A DNA stretch of 64,000 bases from Gemmatimonadota bacterium (GTDB lineage: Bacteria; Gemmatimonadota; Gemmatimonadetes; Gemmatimonadales; GWC2-71-9): the NCBI GenBank assembly GCA_003222195.1, contig QHVB01000035.1, positions 19 to 64,018 of the forward strand, in the 5' to 3' direction. The notes beneath the pieces are model-generated. The model saw nothing but the letters and a program-made list of their open reading frames with translations. It did no database searches and had not been told where the DNA came from. The position numbers and the translations under genes were made by a program. Below, piece after piece: positions 36,801 through 46,393 of the stretch. Within the stretch, counting starts at the first letter, position 1. Every line of letters begins with the position of its first letter.

Positions 36801-37071
36801 GGTCTGGGAGGCGCGGCCGGCGGCATGGAGCTTCGTGGATCTGAACGGAGAATTTGGGATCGAGTTGACGGGACAGGACAATGCCGACCACGCGCCGACG
36901 CAGGCGGCGCTCGCCGTTGCGCGCTCGAGCTGTGACGGGCTGAGGAAGCTGGTGGGGCGCTGGAGTCAGCTGGTTCGGGTGGATCTGCCGGCTTTCAATG
37001 GAGCGCTGCAGCGTCACGGGATGACGACGCTCGCGGCCCCGGCGGCCGGAGGTCAGCTCTGCGCTCCGTGA
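33883..37071 (+). CDS. secreted BNR/Asp-box repeat protein (sortilin/VPS10-like double beta-propeller)
   Basis: 1062 aa with a signal peptide and at least 10 Asp-boxes (SSDAGRSW, STDGGANW, SIDGGLTW, SDDGGTSW, STDGGNSF, SFDGGDSW, TRDGGVTW, TRDYGNTW, SFDDGDHW..). Confidence 0.85.
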   Translation: MRAPSLLVLCAATLAAAPLRAQAIDARQLSALVWRNVGPFRGGRISAASGVIGQPGVFYVGTPEGGVWKTTSAGATWYPIFDSIRTVSSIGALEVAQSDPNVIYVGTGDLNSYFDGRGDGMYKSSDAGRSWRRIGLEGTQQITSILVHPRDPNLVLVGALGGFFQTQSDARGVFRSTDGGANWVKTLYVDDKTGIGTLARAADAPDVILAATMFRSGAPGTGILFGQRTDTAQTRTRLYKSIDGGLTWHEVSGGGLPRLTGRISLAIAVGTNAQRSYLIGNFGLYRSDDGGTSWRQMAADDKRIANGQGGYNSGVSVDPKNPDVVYTFHVTAYKSTDGGNSFVAFKGGPPGGDDPQVMWIDPTDGKRILMGYDQGAIVSFDGGDSWSSWYNQSTEQVYHVAADNSFPYWIYATQQDAGAIATRSRGDLGTITPIDWKPVPAWEWGTILPDPLDPNIVFSSGLSISKISYPSGAWINVGPEQDPSLKLRASLNLPIVFSTWHGQRELLAGYQYLMATRDGGVTWTKLGPDLSETRAHPAPSDTSIRRCACIWSIAASTVRPGVIWIGAINGIVQVSRNHGVTWNDVTSPDIGVGVRVTPTWVEASRFDAGTAYTAFNFQYRGDVAPHLYRTRDYGNTWTKIVAGLPATSPGGASVRVVRADPKRSGLLFAGTGSGVYVSFDDGDHWQSLMLNLPTTIVDDIAFHDNDLIVGTYGRGIWVLDDIGPLRQLSAALASDPAHLFKPSEAFRVRRNVDYNTPFPKEEPQAPNPPPGAIIYYLLGSKPSAGIAIDVLDAKGNLVRHLTSAPSTPVREAGRAPMEQFWLAPPSALPVNIGLNRVAWDLRYDTPPAFAHSFEFNGNPGSTPMAPEGPLALPGVYTVRLTVDGNHYMQTIAVRADPRSHVTPAALAAQHALLMRLNSGLQATWDDFKPVAELRARVAKLAPDDTVSEVGKAAKKLVTTLDSIAGDSLTDARQVWEARPAAWSFVDLNGEFGIELTGQDNADHAPTQAALAVARSSCDGLRKLVGRWSQLVRVDLPAFNGALQRHGMTTLAAPAAGGQLCAP

Positions 37072-39513
37072 TTACTGCGGGGTCTCGTTGCCGATGAGGT
37101 CGTCGCGCCCATGCTGCCGCGGCCGCCCGAACATCCAGTTCACGCTGAGCAGCAGCCCACGGATCACGCGCCTGCGGTCCGACACCTGGTAGAATCGCGG
37201 ATCGATCGTCGTGGAGCTCTCGCGCGAGGTATTGAACGGGTCGATCACGCGCAACGTTATGCTCATCTGATCGTTCCTGAGCTTCTTGCGCGCGGCAAGC
37301 GTGAATCGCGTCCGGCTGGCGACCCGGCCTTGCTCGACCGTGATTGGCGCCTGATAGGCCAGCAGCGCCTGGAGATCGAACGTGGGCGAGACGCGGAATG
37401 ATGCGTTCGTCCGAGCCGTCCAGCCGAACGTTTTGGCGGAGAGACCCGGCCCCAGATTCGACGCGTTGCTGACCTGCCGGAACGCGCTCGCGCCCGCGAA
37501 CCCGCTGAGCCGCCCACCACTTCTGGCGATCGTCACGTCGGCGCCATACGCGTCGCTGGTGGAGACGTTGGCAAACGTCCGCGTCATCACGCCGGCCGTG
37601 TCGAGTGTCCGGATCGTGCGGACGGCATCGACCGTGTGCCGGAAGAAGGGCGTGAGCTGGAGCGTCAGGCGGTCCGCGGTGCGTTGCAATCCCAGCTCGA
37701 GCGCGCGGATGTACTCCGGCTTCAGGTAGGGGTTGCCACGTGAAATGTTGAGCGGGTCCAGATAGTGCGCCGTCGGGTCGAGCAGATCGGTGTCGTCGGG
37801 GCGGCGGATGCGCGTCGAATAGCTCAGCTTCACCTGATGCGTGTCATCGATGTTGTAGGCGATGAGGCCGCTTGGAAAGACACTGTTGTACGGATTTGCG
37901 TAGGTGGCGCCGGTCGTGAGCAGATGAAACTGCGTCGTGGCGCGCTCGACGCGGATGCCACCCTGGAGCAGGAACTTGCCGCGCTGCGCGTCGAGGATCC
38001 CGTACGCGGCGTGCACGACCTGGCGGTAGGTGAAATCGCTGATGCGCGTGGAGTCGGGCGCCCACGCGGCCTGCGCCGTGTCGAACACCTGCGTGTCCAG
38101 CCTCGTGTGAAAGCGTTGCAGCGATCCGCGGTACCCCGCTTCCAGCCGCAATACGCTCGAGAGCGGCCGCACGTAATCCAGCCTGAGCGAGTTCTCGTCG
38201 GGGTGCTCCCAACTGGTCTGCCGCTCGAGTGCCGACGTGTCGCTCGGCGTCCCGTCGAGCGCCAGGTCGCGGGCGATGATCCCGTTGGGGCCGCCTTCCT
38301 GCGCCCGCACGACGCGCAGCTCGCTGGACAGCTTGTGGCCCTTCGCGGCGAAGCCGTGCTTGTATGCGAGCGTCGCTTCGAAGTTGAACTCATGGTTCGT
38401 CCCGCGAGTGAACCGGTCGCTCAGTGCGGACAGCGTGCGTGCCGAGTCGAGGTCGCGGTAGAGAAGGCTGTAGGTTTCCGCCTCATTGCGCGTGCTATAG
38501 TCGGCGTCAGCCGAGAGCGCGTCGTGCTCGCCGAGCTGGTAGCCCACGCTGCCAGTCAGCGTGTGCGCGAGCGGGATCTGCGTACGGAGTCCTGCCTCTT
38601 CCAGATACGTGAGGGGACTCTGGTAGTCATTCACGCGAAAGATGGTGTCGCGCCGCGGGCGGTTGTCCCGCAGAAAACCGTAGCTGCCGAATAGCGAGAG
38701 TGGCCCGCGCTCGTAGCCGAGGTTGCCGCCGGCGTCGACGTGGCCGGTGGTCCCACCCCCAACGGTGAGCCCGCCGCTCCGCCCTTCATCGGCCTTCTGC
38801 TTGAGGACGATGTTGATGATTCCCGCGTCCCCCTCCGGGTTCTCGCGTGCCGAGGGGTTGGGGATGACTTCCACCTTGTCGACCATGTCGGCCGGCACCT
38901 GCGCGAGGAAGTTGCCCAGCTGCGCCGGCTTCAGCGGGCTGGGTCGCCCGTTGATTTGGAGCACGACGCCGGTGTTGCCCCTCAGGCTCACGATATTGTC
39001 GATGTCGACGTCCACGGCCGGCACGTTGCGCAGCACATCGAGCGCCGTGCCTCCGCGGGTGGTCGGCATGTCGCGGACGACATAGGTGGTACGGTCGGGA
39101 GCCAACTCCACGTCGCGCTTCTGGCCCGTCACCTGGAGCGGCTGTAGCACGAGCGCCGACGCCGTGAGAGCCACCGATCCCAGGTCGACGCTCGGCGATG
39201 CCACACTGATTTCGACCGGGAGCACCCGCGGCGTGTACCCCAGCGCGAGGATGCGGACCCGATAGCGGGCGGGAAGAAGGCCCTCAATGCGGAAGCTGCC
39301 GTCCGCATCGGTGGACGCGTGGGCTCGCACTCCACCGGCGGAGTCCATCACTTCCACCGTGGCGATGCCGATCGGCGTCCTGCTCGCGGCATTCACCACG
39401 CGGCCGCGGATTTCGCCGCTGCCCTGCGCGGCCGCCACGGACTGGGTCGCGAGGATCAACAGGATCGCGTGCGCGAGGAGGAGAGACCTGGACGCCACCA
39501 TTGCCTCGTACAA
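37072..39513 (-). CDS. TonB-dependent receptor-like outer-membrane beta-barrel with CarboxypepD_reg domain
   Basis: 813 aa. Signal ..ATQSVAAAQ, GEIRGRVVNAASRTPIGIATVEV, plug ..VEVIPNPSARENPEGDAGIINIVLK.., barrel. The start may be M5 (39501). Confidence 0.85.
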   Translation of the reverse strand: MYEAMVASRSLLLAHAILLILATQSVAAAQGSGEIRGRVVNAASRTPIGIATVEVMDSAGGVRAHASTDADGSFRIEGLLPARYRVRILALGYTPRVLPVEISVASPSVDLGSVALTASALVLQPLQVTGQKRDVELAPDRTTYVVRDMPTTRGGTALDVLRNVPAVDVDIDNIVSLRGNTGVVLQINGRPSPLKPAQLGNFLAQVPADMVDKVEVIPNPSARENPEGDAGIINIVLKQKADEGRSGGLTVGGGTTGHVDAGGNLGYERGPLSLFGSYGFLRDNRPRRDTIFRVNDYQSPLTYLEEAGLRTQIPLAHTLTGSVGYQLGEHDALSADADYSTRNEAETYSLLYRDLDSARTLSALSDRFTRGTNHEFNFEATLAYKHGFAAKGHKLSSELRVVRAQEGGPNGIIARDLALDGTPSDTSALERQTSWEHPDENSLRLDYVRPLSSVLRLEAGYRGSLQRFHTRLDTQVFDTAQAAWAPDSTRISDFTYRQVVHAAYGILDAQRGKFLLQGGIRVERATTQFHLLTTGATYANPYNSVFPSGLIAYNIDDTHQVKLSYSTRIRRPDDTDLLDPTAHYLDPLNISRGNPYLKPEYIRALELGLQRTADRLTLQLTPFFRHTVDAVRTIRTLDTAGVMTRTFANVSTSDAYGADVTIARSGGRLSGFAGASAFRQVSNASNLGPGLSAKTFGWTARTNASFRVSPTFDLQALLAYQAPITVEQGRVASRTRFTLAARKKLRNDQMSITLRVIDPFNTSRESSTTIDPRFYQVSDRRRVIRGLLLSVNWMFGRPRQHGRDDLIGNETPQ

Positions 39514-39575
39514 AGTTAGCCTATGCCCCTTACGGCTTCCTTACACGGCACGTTGTGAAACGCGAGGCGCCGCCT

Positions 39576-40640
39576 ATGAAGATTGCTCGTGGGGCACTGC
39601 TGGCGACTGGACTGCTGGCCGCGTGTACCAACGCGGTGGGCAGTAAGTCGCCCACACCGGGGGTATGGAGCGACGCGCCAGCCCTCCACGTTCAAGGCAC
39701 GCAGCTGGTCGACACGGCGGGACGGGTCGTCCGGCTCGGGGGGGTGAATCGTTCCGGCGCCGAATACGCCTGCGCGCAGGGGTGGGGGTTCTTCGACGGC
39801 CCGTCCGACTCGGCGTCGGTACAGGCGATCAAGTCGTGGAACGTCAATGCGGTTCGCGTGCCCCTTAACGAGACGTGTTGGCTCGCCATCAACGGCGTGG
39901 CGCCCGCGTACTCGGGAGACAACTATCGCCGAGCGATCAGCGATTATGTGGCGCTGCTAAATCGCGCCGGCATGGTTGTCATCCTCGATCTGCATTGGAG
40001 CGCCGCCGGAACGGCCATCGCGCTGGGTCAGGCACCGATGCCCAATCGGGACCACACGCCGCAATTCTGGAGCGAGGTTGCCGCGGCGTACGCCAGCAAC
40101 AGCCGGGTGATCTTCGACCTGTTCAACGAGCCGTTTCCCGACAACAACTCCGACACCCCGGAGGCGTGGCGCTGCTGGCGGGATGGCGGCACGTGCACAG
40201 GCATGAGCTACCAGGCGGCCGGAATGCAGGAGCTCGTGAACGCGGTGCGTCGCGCCGGCGCGAAGAACGTCATCATGCTCGGAGGTGTGCAGTACTCCGC
40301 GACCCTCTCGAGCTGGCTCGCGTCCAGACCCACCGACTCGCTCAACAACACCGCGGCCTCATGGCACATCTACAATTTCAGTTGGTGCAACACCCAAGCA
40401 TGTTGGGACCGCGACGCCGCTCAGGTGGCGCAGCGCGTTCCGCTGGTGCTCGGCGAGCTGGGGCAGAACGATCGTGGCAGCGCCTTTGTCACGGCGCTGA
40501 TGGATTGGATGGACGCGCGGCAAGGGAGTTATCTCGCCTGGTCGTGGGACGTGTGGGGAAATGCGCTCGACCTGATCGCGAACTACGACGGGACGCCGAC
40601 GACGTACGGGCAGACGTTCAGGGCTCGGTTCTCGCTTTAG
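39576..40640 (+). CDS. glycoside hydrolase family 5 (cellulase/mannanase-like) lipoprotein
   Basis: Internal start MKIARGALLATGLLAAC (lipobox). ..NAVRVPLNE.., acid/base ..IFDLFNEPF.., nucleophile ..PLVLGELG... Confidence 0.85.
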   Translation: MKIARGALLATGLLAACTNAVGSKSPTPGVWSDAPALHVQGTQLVDTAGRVVRLGGVNRSGAEYACAQGWGFFDGPSDSASVQAIKSWNVNAVRVPLNETCWLAINGVAPAYSGDNYRRAISDYVALLNRAGMVVILDLHWSAAGTAIALGQAPMPNRDHTPQFWSEVAAAYASNSRVIFDLFNEPFPDNNSDTPEAWRCWRDGGTCTGMSYQAAGMQELVNAVRRAGAKNVIMLGGVQYSATLSSWLASRPTDSLNNTAASWHIYNFSWCNTQACWDRDAAQVAQRVPLVLGELGQNDRGSAFVTALMDWMDARQGSYLAWSWDVWGNALDLIANYDGTPTTYGQTFRARFSL

Positions 40641-40652
40641 GACGAGACACCC

Positions 40653-42194
40653 ATGACCGCGTCGATCAGCGCCGAGTTCCTCGCCCTGCAGGAGCTGCTC
40701 GCCGGCCGCTATTCGATCGAGCGCGAGCTCGGGCGAGGCGGTATGGGGATCGTGCTGCTCGCCCGTGATGTGGCGCTCGACCGCCCGGTGGCGATCAAGC
40801 TGCTCCCGCCGCACCTCGCGACGCGCCCCGACGAGCGGGACCGGTTTCTCCAAGAGGCGCGGACCGCCGCCGGCCTCTCGCATCCCAATATCGTGCCGAT
40901 TCACCTCGTCGAGGCACACGGTGATCTCGTGTTCTTCGTGATGGGCTTCGTGGACGGCGAGACGCTGCGCGATCGGGTGCAACGGGCCGGCCCGCTCCCG
41001 CCGCGCCTGGCGACGAAACTGCTGCAGGAAGTGGCGTGGGCGCTCGGCGCCGCGCATCAGCGCGGCGTGATTCACCGCGACGTGAAGCCTGACAACATCA
41101 TGATCGAGCGCGCGACCGAGCGCGCGGTCGTCACCGACTTCGGGATCGCCCTGGGCAGACGGGCGGCCGAAACCGCGGGCGGCGCCGTCACCGGGACCGC
41201 GCGCTACATGAGCCCCGAGCAGGCGTGCGGCGAGCCGGTGGACGCGCGCAGCGACCTCTACTCCCTGGGCGCGACGTTCTTCTACGCCCTCACCGGCCGG
41301 GCACCATTCGAGGCTGCAAACGTACCCGCGATCATCACGAAACACGTCTACGAGCCCGCCCCCCTGGTCCAGACGCTCCGTCCCGAGGTGCCCACCAAAC
41401 TTGCGGCCGTGGTCGACCGCTTGCTCCGCAAAGCAGCGCCTGAGCGGTTCCAAACCGCCGACGATCTCGCGCGGGTCGCGGGGGAAGTGCGGGGGCGGGA
41501 CTTTCGCGCCCCACCGCTGCTGCGCGCCTTCGTGCGGAACGCGCAAGTCTCGACCCTGGTCCTGTTGACGTCGGTGCTCGCTGGGAGAGGGACAGGGCTG
41601 ATCGGTGCGATCCTCCTCTTTCAACTGGTCGTGGTGGCGCGCCGACTCCTGAAGGATGGCTACACCTTCGGCGACATTCGGGCGGCCCTGCTTGCCGAAC
41701 GGCAAGTGCAGCAGGAGGAGGACGAAGTCATCAAGCGGCGCCGCTGGTTCCTGCGGCTGGACTCGTTGTGGTATCGGATCTGGGCCGGAAGAGCCGGACG
41801 CTCGTTCTTCTGGCTCGCTGGGTGGGGTCTCAAGACCGCCGCACGCCCGGCCCTGCCCTCCGTCGAGCGGACCGAGCTCGTGCTCGGACGCTCGGCGCTC
41901 GCCGCATATAAGGCGCTGCCGGACGCGGAGCGGCGGCAGGCGCGAGACCTCCCGGCCGTGCTCGAGCGCTTGGAGACTGGGGCAGAGGCACTGCGGGCAC
42001 GGGGCGACACGGGTGAATCGCTCACCGAAGCCGTGGCCGCGCTCGAACACCTGCGCCTTGCCCTCGTGAAGCGGCAGTCCGGCGTGGGGTCGCCCTCCGA
42101 TCTGACGCTCGTCCTCGAGCGCGCCAGGGCGATCGGGGACCACGTCGACCGCCGGATTGCGGCGGCTGCTGAAGTGCAGGCGCTGCTCGAGTAG
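40653..42194 (+). CDS. Ser/Thr protein kinase with TM segment and C-terminal domain of unknown function
   Basis: GRGGMGIVLLARD..VAIKLL, HRDVKPDNIMI, DFGIA, ..RYMSPEQ... TM around ..VLLTSVLAGRGTGLIGAILLFQLVVVA. Confidence 0.9.
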   Translation: MTASISAEFLALQELLAGRYSIERELGRGGMGIVLLARDVALDRPVAIKLLPPHLATRPDERDRFLQEARTAAGLSHPNIVPIHLVEAHGDLVFFVMGFVDGETLRDRVQRAGPLPPRLATKLLQEVAWALGAAHQRGVIHRDVKPDNIMIERATERAVVTDFGIALGRRAAETAGGAVTGTARYMSPEQACGEPVDARSDLYSLGATFFYALTGRAPFEAANVPAIITKHVYEPAPLVQTLRPEVPTKLAAVVDRLLRKAAPERFQTADDLARVAGEVRGRDFRAPPLLRAFVRNAQVSTLVLLTSVLAGRGTGLIGAILLFQLVVVARRLLKDGYTFGDIRAALLAERQVQQEEDEVIKRRRWFLRLDSLWYRIWAGRAGRSFFWLAGWGLKTAARPALPSVERTELVLGRSALAAYKALPDAERRQARDLPAVLERLETGAEALRARGDTGESLTEAVAALEHLRLALVKRQSGVGSPSDLTLVLERARAIGDHVDRRIAAAAEVQALLE

Positions 42195-42209
42195 CTACTT
42201 GCCCGCTGT

Positions 42210-43142
42210 TTGGAGCTAGTGTCAATTCTGAAACTCGTGACCGTTTCTCCTGCAAGCGACATCGTCGTCCTCGACGAGCGGGCTGTGCAGCAACGGCTCC
42301 ATTACCAGGACCTCATTCCCGCCATCGCGCAGGCGCTCGCGGCGTTGTCCTCGGGCAACGTCGTGCAGCCGGTACGCACCGTGCTTCCGGTCGCTCCCCA
42401 TCACGGATTCTTGGCCGTCATGCCGGCGTACGCGGGCGCTCTGGGGGCCAAGCTCGTCACGTTCTATCCTCAGAACGTCGGGATTCACACGCATCATGCC
42501 GTTATCGTGCTGTTCAAGGCCGAGACGGGCGAGCCGCTCGCCATGATGGACGGCCGGCTCATCACCGAGATGCGGACCGCCGCGGCATCGGCGGTCGCGA
42601 CTGAGCGGCTCGCCCGGGCGGATGCGTCGGTGCTTGCGATCCTCGGATCCGGGGTGCAGGCGAAGAGTCACCTCGCCGCGCTGCGTCACGTCCGTTCATT
42701 TAAGGAAGTGCGTGTGTGGAGTCCTCGAAATGCGCCGGCGTTTGCCGAGCGGCATGGCGTGAAGGCCGTGGCGACGGCGGCGGATGCCGTGCGCAGCGCA
42801 GACGTGGTTGTAGTCGCGGCGAGCTCGACGACGCCCATCCTGCAGGGACGCTGGCTCTCTCCCGGGACGCATATCAATGCGATCGGCGCAACCCGCCCCG
42901 ACTGGCGCGAGCTGGACGACGATCTCGTCACCACGGCCCGCGTCTTCGTCGACTCCCGCGAGGCAGCACTGCGTGAATCAGGCGACGTCATCGCGGCACA
43001 GAGCGAGGTCGTGGAAATCGGCGCCGTCGTGGCCGGTGCGGATCCCGGCAGGCGTAACGCACAAGAGATCACGTTGTTCAAGTCGGTCGGTGTCGCGGTC
43101 GAAGACGTGGCGGCCGCGGCGCTGGTTCTGGGGGCTAGATGA
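42210..43142 (+). CDS. ornithine cyclodeaminase/mu-crystallin family protein
   Basis: ..LAILGSGVQAKSHLAAL.. Rossmann motif, ..HINAIGA.., ..LFKSVGVAVEDVAAA... The TTG start is uncertain (GTG at 42219 or 42237 is possible). Confidence 0.85.
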   Translation: MELVSILKLVTVSPASDIVVLDERAVQQRLHYQDLIPAIAQALAALSSGNVVQPVRTVLPVAPHHGFLAVMPAYAGALGAKLVTFYPQNVGIHTHHAVIVLFKAETGEPLAMMDGRLITEMRTAAASAVATERLARADASVLAILGSGVQAKSHLAALRHVRSFKEVRVWSPRNAPAFAERHGVKAVATAADAVRSADVVVVAASSTTPILQGRWLSPGTHINAIGATRPDWRELDDDLVTTARVFVDSREAALRESGDVIAAQSEVVEIGAVVAGADPGRRNAQEITLFKSVGVAVEDVAAAALVLGAR

Positions 43143-44113
43143 CGAGGGCCCTTGAACCGGTGCGCCCCATCGTCTTGGATGAGATCCGGGACGCTCGGAA
43201 GCGCATCGCCGCAACGATCGTTCGCACACCGTTGGTCCGGCTGGAACTGGGGTCGGGGTTCCCGGACGTGCGGCTGAAGCTCGAGAACCTCCAACCGATC
43301 AACGCCTACAAACTGCGCGGCGCTGCCAACGCGGTTGCTCTGTTGTCCGATGCCGAGCGCCGGCGCGGCGTCTGGACGATCAGCGCCGGGAATGCCGGGC
43401 AGGGTGTCGCGTACGCCGCGCGGGCAGCGGGCGTGCCGTGCACGGTCGTCGCGATCGAGACGGCGCCCGCCGCGAAGCTCGAGCGCATGCGCGCGTTGGG
43501 CGCGAAGCTCGTGCTCGTCCCGTACGCGGTCGCCTGGCAGGCGCTCGATGACCGCTCGTATCCCGGCGTCGAGGGGACCTTCATCCATCCGTTCGACGAT
43601 CAAAACTTCATAGCCGGTCACGCGACGATGGGCCTCGAGATTCTCGAGGATGCGCCGGACACCGTCGCCATCATTGCCGCGATCGGCGGTGGCGGCCTGG
43701 TCACGGGCGTGGCCAGTGCCGTGAAAGCGTTGCGCCCTGAGATCAAAGTGTGGGGCGCCGAGCCGGAGACCGCCGCGCCCGCGGCGCTCTCGTTTGCGAA
43801 AGGCTCGGCGCAGGTGTTCCTGGACTGGAAAGCCACGTTCGTGGACGGCGCGGGCGGCAAGAGTGTGTTTCCGCGCATGTGGCAGCGCATGCGGCCGGTC
43901 GTGGACGGCTCCATCGTGGTAAGCCTGGAGGAGGTGAAACGCGCCATGCGGCTCATGGCGGAGAAGGCCCGCGTCATCGCCGAGGGAGCTGGTGCGCTCG
44001 GCCTAGCGGCTGCGCTTACGGGCAAGGCCGGTCCGGGCCCGATCGTCGCCATTGTCTCGGGCGGCAACATCGACCTCGAGAAGTTCTCCGAGTTGATTGC
44101 CGCGGCCAGTTGA
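43139..44113 (+). CDS. PLP-dependent threonine/serine dehydratase family enzyme
   Basis: ..ENLQPINAYKLRGA.. (PLP Lys), ..SAGNAGQGVAYAA.., ..IGGGGLVTG... ATGA overlap with the OCD gene. Confidence 0.85.
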   Translation: MTRALEPVRPIVLDEIRDARKRIAATIVRTPLVRLELGSGFPDVRLKLENLQPINAYKLRGAANAVALLSDAERRRGVWTISAGNAGQGVAYAARAAGVPCTVVAIETAPAAKLERMRALGAKLVLVPYAVAWQALDDRSYPGVEGTFIHPFDDQNFIAGHATMGLEILEDAPDTVAIIAAIGGGGLVTGVASAVKALRPEIKVWGAEPETAAPAALSFAKGSAQVFLDWKATFVDGAGGKSVFPRMWQRMRPVVDGSIVVSLEEVKRAMRLMAEKARVIAEGAGALGLAAALTGKAGPGPIVAIVSGGNIDLEKFSELIAAAS

Positions 44114-44118
44114 AGGGA

Positions 44119-45642
44119 TCAGCGCCGACGGATCACGTGTCCGGGAAACGCGCCGGTCGCAGCCCCATTGTAGACCAGCAGGCCATTCACCCAAACCGCG
44201 CGTGCGCCGGTCGCGGTGAGGTGCGGTTCCTTGGGAGTGGCCCGGTCCGCTAGCGAAGCCGTGTCGAGGAGCACGAGATCGGCAAACATCCCTGGAGCGA
44301 TTCGACCACGGTTCGTGATGCCGACGTTCGCGGCGGCGAGTGAAGTCATCCGACGCACGGCCTCCTCGAGCGAAAGGAGATGGCGCTCCCGCACCGCCAT
44401 CCGGAAGAACCGGGGAAAGGCGCCGAAGCCTCTGGGGTGCGCGCCCTGCAGCGCACCGTCGCTGCACACGTTGGCAAACGGCCAGCGCCACAACCGGTCG
44501 ATGTCCGGTTGCACCATGCTCACCGCGACGACGCTCTCGTCGTAGCTTCCGCCGCCCGGCTTGGGTTTCGCTGCTTCGGCAATCAGGTCCATGAGGGTGA
44601 CCGCGGGGTCGGTGTGACGCAGCGCCGAGATCTCAGCGATGCTCTTCCCCGCAAGTGTCGTGTCCAGCTCGAAATCGCCAAGGATGGCGCTGTCCGGCGT
44701 CGTGACTTCGGTCAGCGCAAACCGCGCGGCCGCGGTGTCCGTGAAATTGCGCTCCGGAAACAACACAGTCAGCGTCGACTGCCAATAGGTGTAGGGATAG
44801 ATGTCGAGCGTGACGCGGACGCCTGACGCCCTCGCACGATCAAGGATCCCGATGAGACTGTCGGCGCGGCCCCACACGCTTCGCATCGCCAGCTTCGCGT
44901 GCGAGAGCTGAACCGGGAGCCCGCCCCGCCGGCCAATCGTGATCAGCTCGTCGATCGCCGCCCAGAAGTGGCGGTCCTCGCTCCGGACGTGGCTGATGTA
45001 GCGGCCGCCGTGACGGGCGGCGACGCGCGCCAGCGCGACGAGCTCGTCCGTCGCGGAATAGATCCCCGGGTCATACTCCAGGCCGCTCGAGAGACCGAGC
45101 GCGCCAGCCGCCATCTCTCCGTCGAGCAGCGCGGCCATGTGCCGCACCTCGGCGGGTGTCGCCTGCCGCTTGAAGTCGTCTCCAAGAATCGCGGCGCGCA
45201 GCCGGCCGTGACCCACGTAGGACGCTACGTTCACCGCCGCCGGTCGCTGCTCCATCTGGGCGAACCAGTCGGCGAGTGGGAAGTTCGACCATCCGTCCTG
45301 GCCGACGACGATGGTCGTGATGCCCTGGCTCACGGCGGCGAGTGCGGTGCGCTCAGTGCCCAGTCCCCGGTCATGATGGCTGTGCGTGTCGATGAACCCC
45401 GGAGCGAGCACGAGGCCGCGCGCTTCCACGACGGAATCGCGGGGGCTCGGCGTGAGTTGCCCAACCTGCTGGATCCTGCCTCCGGCGACTCGGACGTCCG
45501 CGATTCGACTGGGGCCGCCTGTTCCGTCCACAACGATGGCACCGCGAATCAGGACGGGACGCGCAGGGACAAAGGGGAGCGTCTGCGCCATCGCCGGCGC
45601 GGCGACGCAAAAAATGAAGGCAACAAAGCTATGAGCGGACAT
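44119..45642 (-). CDS. secreted D-aminoacylase / N-acyl-D-amino-acid deacylase family amidohydrolase
   Basis: 507 aa with a signal peptide, ..GFIDTHSHHD.. metal motif, ..YISHVRSE.., ..CSDGA... Confidence 0.85.
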   Translation of the reverse strand: MSAHSFVAFIFCVAAPAMAQTLPFVPARPVLIRGAIVVDGTGGPSRIADVRVAGGRIQQVGQLTPSPRDSVVEARGLVLAPGFIDTHSHHDRGLGTERTALAAVSQGITTIVVGQDGWSNFPLADWFAQMEQRPAAVNVASYVGHGRLRAAILGDDFKRQATPAEVRHMAALLDGEMAAGALGLSSGLEYDPGIYSATDELVALARVAARHGGRYISHVRSEDRHFWAAIDELITIGRRGGLPVQLSHAKLAMRSVWGRADSLIGILDRARASGVRVTLDIYPYTYWQSTLTVLFPERNFTDTAAARFALTEVTTPDSAILGDFELDTTLAGKSIAEISALRHTDPAVTLMDLIAEAAKPKPGGGSYDESVVAVSMVQPDIDRLWRWPFANVCSDGALQGAHPRGFGAFPRFFRMAVRERHLLSLEEAVRRMTSLAAANVGITNRGRIAPGMFADLVLLDTASLADRATPKEPHLTATGARAVWVNGLLVYNGAATGAFPGHVIRRR

Positions 45643-45687
45643 GGTTGATCACGTTAGCTTAAAAACACCTCCAACCCAAAGCCCCCC

Positions 45688-46335
45688 ATGCCGCGACGCA
45701 GAGACTTTCTCTCACAACTGGGACTCGCCGCAGCGGCCCTCGCCATGGATGCGGCCGAGCTCCGGGCTGAATCTGCTCCGCAGCAGTCCAACTGGGATAC
45801 GTCATGGCTCGATCGTCTCGCGAAAGCGCGCTACCGCGTCGTGTTCAACGCGAACGTGATCGATGATGGCGGAGTCTTCAGCTACGCGTCGACGTTCTTC
45901 GACCAGTATCATGAGGTCCATAACACCACGGACGCCGAGACAATTCCGGTCGTCGTCTTCCGTCGGCTCGGCACGCCGATGGCGCTAAACGACCATCTGT
46001 GGGATCGCTATGAGCTGGGCAAGGAGACGAAGACCGACGATCGCGATACCGGGACCGCCGCACGCCGCAACGTCTTTTGGCCCGCGGGACGATCCGCTGG
46101 AAACGCGGCGACCAAGATCGAGACGCTGCACAAACGCGGGATGATCAGTCTGGTCTGCAACATCTCATTGGGAAACATGGGGCGCCGGTTCGCTGAGCAA
46201 GCGAACCGCAATGTCGAAGAAGTGCAGCAAGAGGTTCGGACGAACCTGGTCCCAGGAGCGATCGTCGTCCCCTCGGGCGTCTACGCGTTGATTCGCGCGC
46301 AGAATGCCGGCTGCGCGTTCATGCCGGGGAGCTGA
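45688..46335 (+). CDS. Tat-signal hypothetical protein (possibly DsrE/F-like fold)
   Basis: MPRRRDFLSQLGLAAAALA twin-arginine motif. 215 aa. The family assignment is weak. Confidence 0.55.
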   Translation: MPRRRDFLSQLGLAAAALAMDAAELRAESAPQQSNWDTSWLDRLAKARYRVVFNANVIDDGGVFSYASTFFDQYHEVHNTTDAETIPVVVFRRLGTPMALNDHLWDRYELGKETKTDDRDTGTAARRNVFWPAGRSAGNAATKIETLHKRGMISLVCNISLGNMGRRFAEQANRNVEEVQQEVRTNLVPGAIVVPSGVYALIRAQNAGCAFMPGS

Positions 46336-46393
46336 CACCTAAAAAGCAGGCTTCTTCTTCCTCCTAACCCCTTTTTGTAAGCAAGCGCGTAGC

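Noticed and set aside
40359-42143. 594-aa minus-strand ORF
   Set aside because: It lies antisense to the Ser/Thr kinase (and the GH5 3' end). The kinase frame has the full Hanks motifs.
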